Assembly (NCBI GenBank): GCA_937952145.1
Contig: CALFYE010000446.1
Coordinates: 1-29,547 of the forward strand
Direction of reading: 5' to 3'
Length of the DNA stretch: 29,547 nt
From: an uncultured Myxococcales bacterium
Lineage (GTDB): Bacteria; Myxococcota_A; Polyangia; Palsa-1104; JAEUJZ01
This document shows positions 1 to 6,899 of this stretch, one piece after another; position 1 is the first letter of the stretch; every line of letters begins with the position of its first letter. A program made the position numbers and the translations under genes. The notes beneath the pieces were generated by a model that was given only the letters and a program-made list of their open reading frames with translations, was not told the DNA's origin and made no database searches.

Positions 1-52
1 GCCCCAGCCTTACGGGGCCCTCGACGGGAGAGATAATATGTAAACACCTTCT
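1..52. repeat. 3' (tail) portion of the ~167-bp TIR-bounded structured repeat; identical to 6849-6899 and ending in the TIR TGTAAACACCTTCT
   Basis: Direct match of window positions 1-52 to 6849-6899 (gccccagccttacggggccctcgacgggagagataatatgtaaacaccttct). The window begins inside the element. Confidence 0.8.
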
Positions 53-116
53 TAGTGCCGCCCGAAAGCAGCTCGCGGCGGAGCGTCGAGACGGGCAGAA
101 GGCACGCGCGCAGCTC

Positions 117-581
117 ATGCCGCAGGCCCGACAGGGCAAGCAGCCCCTTCTCACCAGTCAGAGCGAGCTACAGCGCCAGCTTGAGCAAATCCTGCTGCGG
201 GCAGAGACGGCGGAACAGACGGTCAGGACGTTGCAGAGTGCGGCCAAGGAGCAGGAGCGTCGCTATCTGGATCGCATCGAGCAGCTACAGCGCAAACAGC
301 TTCCGGCGGCTGACGAGGCGCGCAAGCGGCGGTCCAGCAAGAAGGACGACAAGCAGCCCGCGGCCAAGAAGGGGCGCAAACGGCTGCCAGCGAAGCCAGG
401 GATCGTCGAGAGGGTTGGGATGGTCGTGGCCGGGACGGCGGCGGGCCTCGCTGCCGGGCTGGGGCTTGGAAAGATGCTGGGAGATGGCGGCAGGAAGCGT
501 TTGCCGCCGAAAGAAGTGGGGCCTGCCTTCGACATAATTCCCGTCGTGGAACGGAAGCGGCTGCCGCCCAAAAGAGACTAG
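117..581 (+). CDS. Hypothetical coiled-coil protein with three C-terminal (G/E)RKRLP(A/P)K repeats and a Gly/Ala-rich hydrophobic segment (VGMVVAGTAAGLAAGLGLG)
   Basis: 154-aa ORF. The first half is heptad-like and Q/E/R/L-rich. It carries repeats GRKRLPAKPG, GRKRLPPKEVG and ERKRLPPKRD. It starts 65 nt after the repeat element. Confidence 0.45.
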   Translation: MPQARQGKQPLLTSQSELQRQLEQILLRAETAEQTVRTLQSAAKEQERRYLDRIEQLQRKQLPAADEARKRRSSKKDDKQPAAKKGRKRLPAKPGIVERVGMVVAGTAAGLAAGLGLGKMLGDGGRKRLPPKEVGPAFDIIPVVERKRLPPKRD

Positions 582-1066
582 GCCAGTCGCACAGGCTCGG
601 GCGCAGCGTTGAAGCTGCTCATCGCATCAAGGAGTGATGCGCACGAACGGAAGCGCACACCGGGAACACCGACGGTGTACTCGATGAACTCCCAGGCCAG
701 GTGCCCGCGCGCCTCGCGAAGCGCGATCTCGCGCACGCAGCGCATCAGCACGGGCCGACTGTCGCCGTAGGTGACCGGCGAACCGTCGGCCCTCGCGACC
801 GGACAGTCGATCGTCTTGATGTGGACAGGGATCAGGCGTTTGCGTCGCTGATGCAGACGATAGAAGACCCCGACCCAGAACAGCATCTCGTGCTCGGTCG
901 TCGTCGAGCCAGGGATGGTCGGCGACGGCTCGGCGATGAGTGCTGGCCTGAACCCATGGTGGCGCGGTCGCCTGGGCACGGGCTTTTGCCTGGGGTGGCG
1001 GGGATTTGCGGCTGACGAAGGACGCACTACTGGCACCGTGGCTCCGGTGCGCCCGGGTGCTGACAC
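578..1066 (-). CDS. Hypothetical protein. Only the C-terminal ~100 aa (from MLFWVGVFYRLHQ..., i.e. 578-888) looks protein-like; the N-terminal Pro/Arg-rich part may be spurious
   Basis: ORF is convergent with 117-581, overlapping by 4 nt. The C-terminal half has varied composition (GHLAWEFIEYTVGV). No family recognised. Confidence 0.3.
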   Translation of the reverse strand: MSAPGRTGATVPVVRPSSAANPRHPRQKPVPRRPRHHGFRPALIAEPSPTIPGSTTTEHEMLFWVGVFYRLHQRRKRLIPVHIKTIDCPVARADGSPVTYGDSRPVLMRCVREIALREARGHLAWEFIEYTVGVPGVRFRSCASLLDAMSSFNAAPEPVRLA

Positions 1067-1242
1067 ACTCCGACGCGCTACGGGGTCGGCGGACCCTCAC
1101 ATCCGCCGGTCCCGGTCTGTGTCTGCCCGCAGGATGCGGGCCGTGGGGGCAATCGAGGCAGGCCGCCAGGGTTTGCTGGGGCTGATCTGGCGAGCGTGAC
1201 AGCGCAGGCAGAGACTTGCTACCGCGACCTGATTAGCTTGTC

Positions 1243-1256
1243 AAACATATGTTTGT
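1243..1256. promoter_or_regulatory. Perfect 14-bp palindrome CAAACATATGTTTG, ~60 nt upstream of the XRE-HTH gene, within TTGTCAAACATATGTTTGTTTTCA. Candidate autoregulatory operator overlapping a TTGTCA -35-like hexamer
   Basis: Reverse complement of CAAACAT is ATGTTTG. Location relative to the 1317 start codon. Confidence 0.35.
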
Positions 1257-1316
1257 TTTCATTCTGATTTCCTGGCCAACTGGCCTCATGTTGCGGGGAC
1301 GTGATACCGGGCCAAG

Positions 1317-1826
1317 ATGGTCCGCGGTCGCAAGAACCCCCTACACACCCAGCTCCCGAAGCGGCTGAAAGACGCTCGGAAGGAGGCGGGCCACACGCGG
1401 ATGGGGTTGTCGCTGCTGGCGGGACTTGGCAACAACGCCGTCAGCCGTATCGAGGACGAGGGCCGGATGCCTACGATCGACACTGTGGAGCAGCTTGCCC
1501 GCGCACTCGGAGTGCCCGCGAGCTGGCTGGCCTTCGGCATCCATGCAGCCCCGCCTGCAAAGAAGTCGTATGGGTGTCAGCATGTCGGTGCTCGTCTGCG
1601 GCAGACCCGTGGTGACCGCGCCTATTCCGTGCGCGCGCTCGGCGAGCTGGCGGGCGTAAGCGGGGCAGCGGTAAGCGCCATCGAAAACAAGCCCCACATG
1701 CCCAGCCTGGCAACGATCGAGAAGCTGGCGAAAGCCCTCGATGTTTCGCCGGCATGGCTGGCCTTCGGTGCGGAAACTGCGCCCCAGGCTCAGACGATAT
1801 CGAATCCTCTGCTTCTAGACCGTTGA
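1317..1826 (+). CDS. XRE-family transcriptional regulator with two tandem helix-turn-helix domains
   Basis: Two repeated HTH_XRE-like units: GLSLLAGLGNNAVSRIEDEGRMPTIDTVEQLARALGVPASWLAFG and SVRALGELAGVSGAAVSAIENKPHMPSLATIEKLAKALDVSPAWLAFG. Confidence 0.7.
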   Translation: MVRGRKNPLHTQLPKRLKDARKEAGHTRMGLSLLAGLGNNAVSRIEDEGRMPTIDTVEQLARALGVPASWLAFGIHAAPPAKKSYGCQHVGARLRQTRGDRAYSVRALGELAGVSGAAVSAIENKPHMPSLATIEKLAKALDVSPAWLAFGAETAPQAQTISNPLLLDR

Positions 1827-2188
1827 CGCGGCTTGCCGTCGGTGGGCTTGCCTTTCAGCCTGTCGGCAATCGCGTCGAGCCAGCTCTGGGGCTTGGCTCT
1901 CTTCGGTGCAGGCGAAGACTCAGGAATCGCTGCGGATTCCGATGTCTTGGGCTCTGCCTCTCGTTCCGATGTTGCAGGCGCAGCTTCCATAAAGGAAAAG
2001 GAAAGCTGCTCGACATTCCCAAACGGCGCGACTGGCTCGAAGACGCGAGGTCGCTCCTCGCTTGCTTGCCGCGCCGACTCCTTTTTCCTCTTTCGCTGCG
2101 CCTTCAGCTTGCAGCGCGTGGAGCAGTACAAGGCATCGTCTCGCACGATCTCAGGCATCGGACCCGCGCACAGCCGACACACGCGCAT
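1790..2188 (-). CDS. Small zinc-ribbon protein: N-terminal CxxC-(x14)-YCSxxCK motif, then a Lys/Arg-rich stretch and an acidic/Pro-rich tail
   Basis: MRVCRLCAGPMPEIVRDDALYCSTRCKLKAQRKRKK. Same motif as the protein at 5797. Convergent with the XRE gene, overlapping it by 37 nt. Confidence 0.5.
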   Translation of the reverse strand: MRVCRLCAGPMPEIVRDDALYCSTRCKLKAQRKRKKESARQASEERPRVFEPVAPFGNVEQLSFSFMEAAPATSEREAEPKTSESAAIPESSPAPKRAKPQSWLDAIADRLKGKPTDGKPRQRSRSRGFDIV

Positions 2189-2422
2189 GTTTTGATCATA
2201 CCGAGTCTTTGAACCTGGGAGTATCGCCGCACCAGAAAGCCGTATCGCGCGCGTTCGCGATGTACTCGATCACAGATACCCGCGCAGCTCGCCGCGCAAG
2301 TGAGACTGAACGATCCCTCTTGCATTCATGTGCGCAGCCGTCGCATGTTCCCGCGCACGATTTGGCCCCTCGAACACCGATCTGAGGCCAGATTACGACA
2401 ACGCCAGCGACGGAGGCTCCCG

Positions 2423-3556
2423 ATGAGACAAAAGGGAACAGTAAACCAGCAACCAACATTTTCATTGCAAGTAAACACCTTACAGCAGGACCGCCCCCTG
2501 CGTGTCATCGGGTACGTCCGAGTCAGCACCGACATGCAAGCGCAGGAAGGTGTCAGCCTGGACGCACAGCGAGAACGCATCCGCTGCTACTGCAAGGCAA
2601 GCGGGTTCAAGCTCGTACATCTCGCGCAGGATGAGACTTCCGCGAAGTCGCTGGATCGCCCAGGACTGACCGCCGCACTCAAGCTGCTTGAGGCCGGAAG
2701 AGCCGACGCGCTCCTCGTCGTGAAACTGGACCGCCTCACGCGATCCGTGATCGACCTCGGCACGCTGCTTAACGGCTACTTCCTCAAAGAGCAGCACTAC
2801 TTGCTCTTCGTCACCGAATCCCTCGACACCCGCAACGCGATGGGCCGCTTCGTCCTCTATATATTGGCGCTCATCGCGCAGTGGGAACGCGAGGCCATCG
2901 GCGAGCGGACCCGCGAGGCGATGCGCCACCTGAAAGCACAAGGCGTCTTCCTGGGTCGCGCTCCATACGGCTATCGCTTCGGAACTACTCGTGATGTGAA
3001 TGGGAGGGCGCGGCTGGAGCCACATGCAGAGGAGCAGACCATCATCACGCGCGTCATCGAGCTGCATAAAAAAGGAGTGCAGCAAAAGGAGATCGTTGCA
3101 GTGCTGCGTGAAGACGGAATGCCGTCGCCGCGCGATGCTGGTTGGAATCGGACGATGATCTTGCGTATCCTCAAGCGCGCAGGCGCGATGCCTGAACGAA
3201 TCCGCGAGTATAAGAAGCGTGAGCGGCGGAAGGTACAGCGCGACAAGAAGCTGGCCGAGGCCAGAGCGAAGGAACTACGAGCCGAGGGGCTGTCGTTGCG
3301 GGCGATTGGGGAGCGGTTGTTGAAGGAGGGGCTGTATCCGCCGCGAGGGGATAGATGGCATGCGGCGACGGTGGCGGAGTTGTTGAGTGTAAAGACTGCG
3401 AAGGAAGCTGCTCAACGGGCTCATGTACTTAGAGCCCAAGGGCTCAGCCTTCGAGAAGTTGGTCGGCGGCTCCTGTATGAAGGATATCTGCCTTCGACTG
3501 GTCAACAATGGAGTCCGGTTGCGGTCGCTACTCTCGCGAATATTGCATCCGACTAA
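2423..3556 (+). CDS. Serine recombinase: resolvase/invertase catalytic domain plus recombinase domain, with two tandem HTH-like C-terminal repeats and no obvious zinc ribbon
   Basis: VIGYVRVSTDMQ (catalytic Ser), DRLTRS, and recombinase-domain GRAPYGYRF. GGAGG RBS 7 nt upstream of ATG 2423. The longer ORF from 2300 begins with an Arg-rich non-protein-like leader. C-terminal repeats GLSLRAIGERLLKEGLYPPRGDRWHAATVAELL and GLSLREVGRRLLYEGYLPSTGQQWSPVAVATLA. Confidence 0.8.
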   Translation: MRQKGTVNQQPTFSLQVNTLQQDRPLRVIGYVRVSTDMQAQEGVSLDAQRERIRCYCKASGFKLVHLAQDETSAKSLDRPGLTAALKLLEAGRADALLVVKLDRLTRSVIDLGTLLNGYFLKEQHYLLFVTESLDTRNAMGRFVLYILALIAQWEREAIGERTREAMRHLKAQGVFLGRAPYGYRFGTTRDVNGRARLEPHAEEQTIITRVIELHKKGVQQKEIVAVLREDGMPSPRDAGWNRTMILRILKRAGAMPERIREYKKRERRKVQRDKKLAEARAKELRAEGLSLRAIGERLLKEGLYPPRGDRWHAATVAELLSVKTAKEAAQRAHVLRAQGLSLREVGRRLLYEGYLPSTGQQWSPVAVATLANIASD

Positions 3557-3584
3557 ATACTGGCGTGGTACTGCTGGCACAATG

Positions 3585-3625
3585 AGAGTAAAGTCCAATA
3601 CGTATTGGCATTTACTCTATTTTCT
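3585..3625 (+). terminator. Rho-independent terminator-like nested hairpin: AGAGTAAAG-[CCAATACGTATTGG]-ATTTACTCT followed by ATTTTCT
   Basis: 8-bp stem enclosing a perfect 14-bp palindrome, then a T-run. Lies between the convergent recombinase (+) and HNH-like (-) genes, so it may act in both directions. Confidence 0.55.
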
Positions 3626-3635
3626 GTCTGATCTA

Positions 3636-4580
3636 TCAGACCATGTTTTTCACCATGGGCACAGATTCAACATCGTACCTTAGCGGCTCGACCGTAACAT
3701 GGCGCGGTTCTGCGTGATAGTTGATGGCTGCTACGAATTTCTGAAACCTAATGAGCGGCCCCCAGGAAAACCCGAAGCGACCCAGTGCATAATGCATCAA
3801 TGATCCAACAAACATCGGCACTGGGAAATCGAGCTTACTATGTTCGTCTAAAATGGTTAAAAATGTAACTTCTACCTTCTGTTGAGGCAGTAGTTTTTCG
3901 ATTTCGACTCTATAATTGGGACAAGTGCGATTCATCCCGATCTGGGTGACTTGTGCATTTCCCGACATCGTTGCGACGAATTCTGTACGATCAGGCCGCA
4001 TGCTGACGGCAGCACCTGGTGGAGTTCGAACCCGAGGTCCATCGACGATTGACTCGGGAAACTGCATCTCAAACTCGATGCCGATGATCTCCCGGTTACA
4101 ACGATTTTGGATAACCAGCAAATGTTGGCGAAGCAACTCCATGTGTTTAGCGGTAATTGTAAATCCAGGTATATTTTGAATGGAAAGACCAGGGCTGGTT
4201 TCAATCATTATCGATAAAGGATCTGGGAGTATACCCTGATGCCTAATGGCCTCCTCGTGCAGCCGCTTCCATTCTCGGATTTTGTGGCAAGAATAGGCAT
4301 CAGTATCCTTGTCGATTAGATCCGCGCAAACACTACATAACCAAATCCCGTTCTCAATGTCGGATCGCTGATCCGGAGTTTGATTTTCATCATAACGTGG
4401 ACCTTTAGGAGAAGCTGCACAAATATGAGCAGCCTTTCCTGTGCGAACGGACTTAGTTACGTCGCTACTGGGACCTATGGTTAGGCTCCCGCAGTCTGGG
4501 TTGGCGCACAGATATGCAGCGCGTTCCGCAAGTGCTCTTACGATGGGCTGATTGAAATCGTCCCGATTATCCTTCGACAT
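3636..4580 (-). CDS. HNH-like (H-N-N variant) nuclease-domain protein with a ~200-aa uncharacterised C-terminal domain. Low-GC cargo gene
   Basis: N-terminus CANPDCG...GKAAHICAASPKGPRYDE...ENGIWLCSVCADLIDKD fits the CxxC...HI...N...CxxC HNH scaffold, with the last His replaced by Asp. Local GC ~45-48% against ~68% background. Confidence 0.6.
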   Translation of the reverse strand: MSKDNRDDFNQPIVRALAERAAYLCANPDCGSLTIGPSSDVTKSVRTGKAAHICAASPKGPRYDENQTPDQRSDIENGIWLCSVCADLIDKDTDAYSCHKIREWKRLHEEAIRHQGILPDPLSIMIETSPGLSIQNIPGFTITAKHMELLRQHLLVIQNRCNREIIGIEFEMQFPESIVDGPRVRTPPGAAVSMRPDRTEFVATMSGNAQVTQIGMNRTCPNYRVEIEKLLPQQKVEVTFLTILDEHSKLDFPVPMFVGSLMHYALGRFGFSWGPLIRFQKFVAAINYHAEPRHVTVEPLRYDVESVPMVKNMV

Positions 4581-4672
4581 GATATTTGACCCGTTCAGAA
4601 GTTATCGACAATCTTCGTTAAGCCGTCAGCTCAACGAGTCGCGAGCCTAGCAGAAATCACAGCGGCCACGGG

Positions 4673-4695
4673 AAGTTGAAACTTTTTGAAGTTTC
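4673..4695. promoter_or_regulatory. Cluster of short inverted repeats (AAGTT-ga-AACTT-tttg-AAGTT) in the divergent intergenic region between the HNH-like and Rpn-like genes. Candidate operator
   Basis: GAAGTTGAAACTTTTTGAAGTTTC. The arms are reverse complements of each other. Confidence 0.25.
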
Positions 4696-4755
4696 AGACG
4701 CTGTCCAACCTTGTTGGCTTGACGCATTGCATGTCTCGGGTACCGTCTTCCCTCC

Positions 4756-5622
4756 ATGCCCAAGCTCCACGACCTCCTCTGCAAGCATCTGCTGCGCGAG
4801 GCGCTTGACCCGATCAGCACTGTCGAGCTGGAGAAGCCGGTCGCGCCGCTTGATGAGCAGCGCATCGACGTGTACTGCGAGCTGCGGTCCGAGCTGCCGC
4901 CGCCGGATGCGCTGCCCCATCTGGGCCTGGTCCGTCGCATGGCTGAGGTCGAGCGACGATTTCTCATCGAGCCGTTCTCATCGACCCCATCGGTCGATAG
5001 CGTCGATGACAATCTTCGTAAGAAGTTCAACCTGCACCATGGGCTGAAGAAGGCGGCCAAGGGCTCTGCGTCGCCCAAGCCTGCACTGTGGGTGCTATCG
5101 CCTGGACGCCCCGAGGAAGTTCTGCATGGCTACGCAGGCACGGAGGCTGCCGGCTGGCCGAGTGGTTTCTATCGGTTCGCGCCAGAGCTTGCGACGTGGG
5201 TTGTCGTTCTGGCCGAGCTACCGAAGACGGCGGAGACGTTGCTCCTGCGACTGCTGGGGCCTGCGACGATGCAGCTTGAGGCGCTGCGCGAGCTGGATGC
5301 GATGCCGCTGTCCGAGGCGCAGCGGCAGCCGTGGATTGATATCCTGGCGGATGTGCGATACTTGTTTGACGAAGCGCCGGACCTCAGCCCCGAGGAGAAA
5401 ACGATCATGACTGAACTACGACAACGGTGGGAGCGAGAGAAGGCCGAGCTGCGGGCCGAGAGTAAGGCCGAGGCAATCCTTACCGTGCTGGCCACGCGTG
5501 GCTTCAAGGTGAGCGATGGCGTCCGGCAGCACGTGCTTGGCTGCAAGGACCCGAGCACCCTGGAGCGCTGGCTCGCTCGCGCCGTGACTGCTACGTCCGA
5601 CACCGAAGTAATCGCCGCCTAG
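4756..5622 (+). CDS. Rpn/YhgA-like PD-(D/E)xK putative nuclease ('putative transposase' family) with a DUF4351-like C-terminal domain
   Basis: N-terminal HDLLCKHLLREAL...RIDVYCELR resembles the Rpn-family D..FK.LF / D..E signature. C-terminal ILTVLATRGFKVSDGVRQHVLGCKDPSTLERWLARAVTATSDTEV resembles the DUF4351 consensus (…LEqLe.W...…sLeEv). Assignment from memory of family consensus, not from a search. Confidence 0.45.
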   Translation: MPKLHDLLCKHLLREALDPISTVELEKPVAPLDEQRIDVYCELRSELPPPDALPHLGLVRRMAEVERRFLIEPFSSTPSVDSVDDNLRKKFNLHHGLKKAAKGSASPKPALWVLSPGRPEEVLHGYAGTEAAGWPSGFYRFAPELATWVVVLAELPKTAETLLLRLLGPATMQLEALRELDAMPLSEAQRQPWIDILADVRYLFDEAPDLSPEEKTIMTELRQRWEREKAELRAESKAEAILTVLATRGFKVSDGVRQHVLGCKDPSTLERWLARAVTATSDTEVIAA

Positions 5623-5796
5623 TCTCCCGCCACACTGAACTAGCAGTCGCTATGCAACCGCCCGAGTAGGCCTGCTGGCCATTGCGCGGTTGACGCTTTG
5701 CAAGATTGCGCCAGCGTTTCGCGCTGTTGACGGATTGTCGATCGCTCCCCCCGCACCGCCGGTACAATCAAGCCGTTGCATCAGGGGGAAACGGTC

Positions 5797-6255
5797 ATGG
5801 CGGTGCTCATGCCGCGCTGTTCTGCGTGTGTGCTGTGTGGAGATCCCATCGAAGGCAAGGGGCGGATCGACCGGATCTACTGCTCGGCCAGTTGTCGCAC
5901 GCTGGCGTGGCGGGCGCGGAGTGGGGATCGCTTTCGCGGGCGTCGCAAGAGCCTGCCGCCACAGCCTGGGAGCTACGTCGCGCGGCGTGCGCTGCCGTTG
6001 CTGGCGGTGCGCATGCGGGCCGAGCTGGATGCTGCCAAGCGGCGCATTGCAGAGCTGGAGAAGAAGCTAGGCGAGCGGCCCGGCAGCACGCGGGAGGGGT
6101 GGCAAAGGGGGCTGGCGTGGCGGTGGCAGCGGTCGCCGGTGCTGCCGCGATCGCGGCGGCGATTGAGCAGGAGCGGAGCCGCGTGCAGCAGACCGAGCGC
6201 GAGTGCGCCCGCGCGCAGGTGGCAGCCGAGCAGCAGAGACACCAGGCCGAGCTGA
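5797..6255 (+). CDS. Zinc-ribbon protein (CxxC-x14-YCSxxCR) followed by a short coiled coil. The last ~50 aa look like out-of-frame junk, so the ORF is probably frameshifted or fused to the downstream coiled-coil ORF near 6090-6100
   Basis: MAVLMPRCSACVLCGDPIEGKGRIDRIYCSASCRTLAWRAR, then RMRAELDAAKRRIAELEKKLGE. GGGGGA RBS 7 nt upstream of ATG 5797. Protein-like signal switches to frame 0 after ~6095. Confidence 0.45.
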   Translation: MAVLMPRCSACVLCGDPIEGKGRIDRIYCSASCRTLAWRARSGDRFRGRRKSLPPQPGSYVARRALPLLAVRMRAELDAAKRRIAELEKKLGERPGSTREGWQRGLAWRWQRSPVLPRSRRRLSRSGAACSRPSASAPARRWQPSSRDTRPS

Positions 6256-6890
6256 CGGCGGAGCGCGAGCAGGCCGCGCAGCGAGAAGCGGAGCTGCGAC
6301 AGCAGGTGGCCGCGCTCACGACTCGGGCGGAAGAGGCCAGCGCACGCGAACGAGCCGCAGCTTCGCGGGTCGCGATCCTGATTCACGATGCGGAGACTCT
6401 GCATCAGCGACTGGAGGACGAGGCAGACCGCATTTGGATTATGCACTTCGAGCTGGCCTCGCTGCGCGGGGCGGTGGTGGACGCGCGCGCACTGTGCAAT
6501 CGCAACTACGAAGCTTTTGTTGCGGAGTCGGCGCAGCGTCAGCACGTCGAGTTGCAGCTCGCTGAAGAGTCCAAGCAGCGCAAGCAGATCACGTCGCAGC
6601 TTAGAGCGCCTATCAAAACCTACTGCGGACCCCGGCCGCTGCGTCAGTCGTCGGTCACGGCCGGGAGGCCGCTCACTCCTCCCTCCTTGCTGCCGGGGTT
6701 CCTCGCTACGGTTTTGTTAGGCGCTCTTAGAAGGTGTTTACAAATTAAGCTGCGCATGGCCTCAACGCGATGTGCTGCACGGCTGGGGCCCCCGCGGACG
6801 CGGCCTCCTTTTTTCGCCGGGGCGTCGAAAAAAGGAGATCCGCTGCGGCCCCAGCCTTACGGGGCCCTCGACGGGAGAGATAATATGTAA
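6099..6890 (+). CDS. Coiled-coil protein with an N-terminal Ala/Val-rich hydrophobic segment. May be the frameshifted continuation of the 5797 gene. Its reading frame runs through the downstream repeat, and the stop TAA lies inside the repeat's terminal inverted repeat
   Basis: GVAVAAVAGAAAIAAAIEQERSRVQQTERECARAQVAAEQQRHQAELTAEREQAAQREAELRQQVAALTTRAEEASARERAAA... Last ~55 aa are a translation of the repeat element, so the true start and C-terminus are uncertain. Confidence 0.35.
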   Translation: MAKGAGVAVAAVAGAAAIAAAIEQERSRVQQTERECARAQVAAEQQRHQAELTAEREQAAQREAELRQQVAALTTRAEEASARERAAASRVAILIHDAETLHQRLEDEADRIWIMHFELASLRGAVVDARALCNRNYEAFVAESAQRQHVELQLAEESKQRKQITSQLRAPIKTYCGPRPLRQSSVTAGRPLTPPSLLPGFLATVLLGALRRCLQIKLRMASTRCAARLGPPRTRPPFFAGASKKGDPLRPQPYGALDGRDNM

Positions 6891-6899
6891 ACACCTTCT
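6733..6899. repeat. Complete ~167-bp structured repeat with perfect 10-bp terminal inverted repeats (GGTGTTTACA / TGTAAACACC). It has a variable 5' segment and a conserved GC-rich long imperfect hairpin core containing T6/A6 runs. MITE-like or structured intergenic repeat
   Basis: 5' part matches 29447-29547 and 3' part matches 1-52. Internal stems: GGCTGGGGCC/GGCCCCAGCC, CTCCTTTTTTCG/CGAAAAAAGGAG, GGCCCC/GGGGCC. Sits between convergent genes and may act as a bidirectional terminator. Confidence 0.8.

Noticed and set aside
55-537. 160-aa plus-strand ORF in an alternative frame over 117-581
   Set aside because: Extremely Arg/Ser-rich translation. The overlapping frame gives a coherent coiled-coil protein with internal repeats.
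2196-2465. 89-aa minus-strand ORF between the zinc-ribbon gene and the recombinase
   Set aside because: Overlaps the recombinase 5' end and RBS. Cys/Val/Gly-rich product with no features. Likely the divergent promoter region.
5706-6890. 394-aa ORF taken at face value as one gene
   Set aside because: Its first ~130 codons are Arg/Gly/Ala junk overlapping the zinc-ribbon gene in another frame, and its last ~55 codons translate the repeat element. Only the central coiled-coil portion (from ~6099) looks coding.
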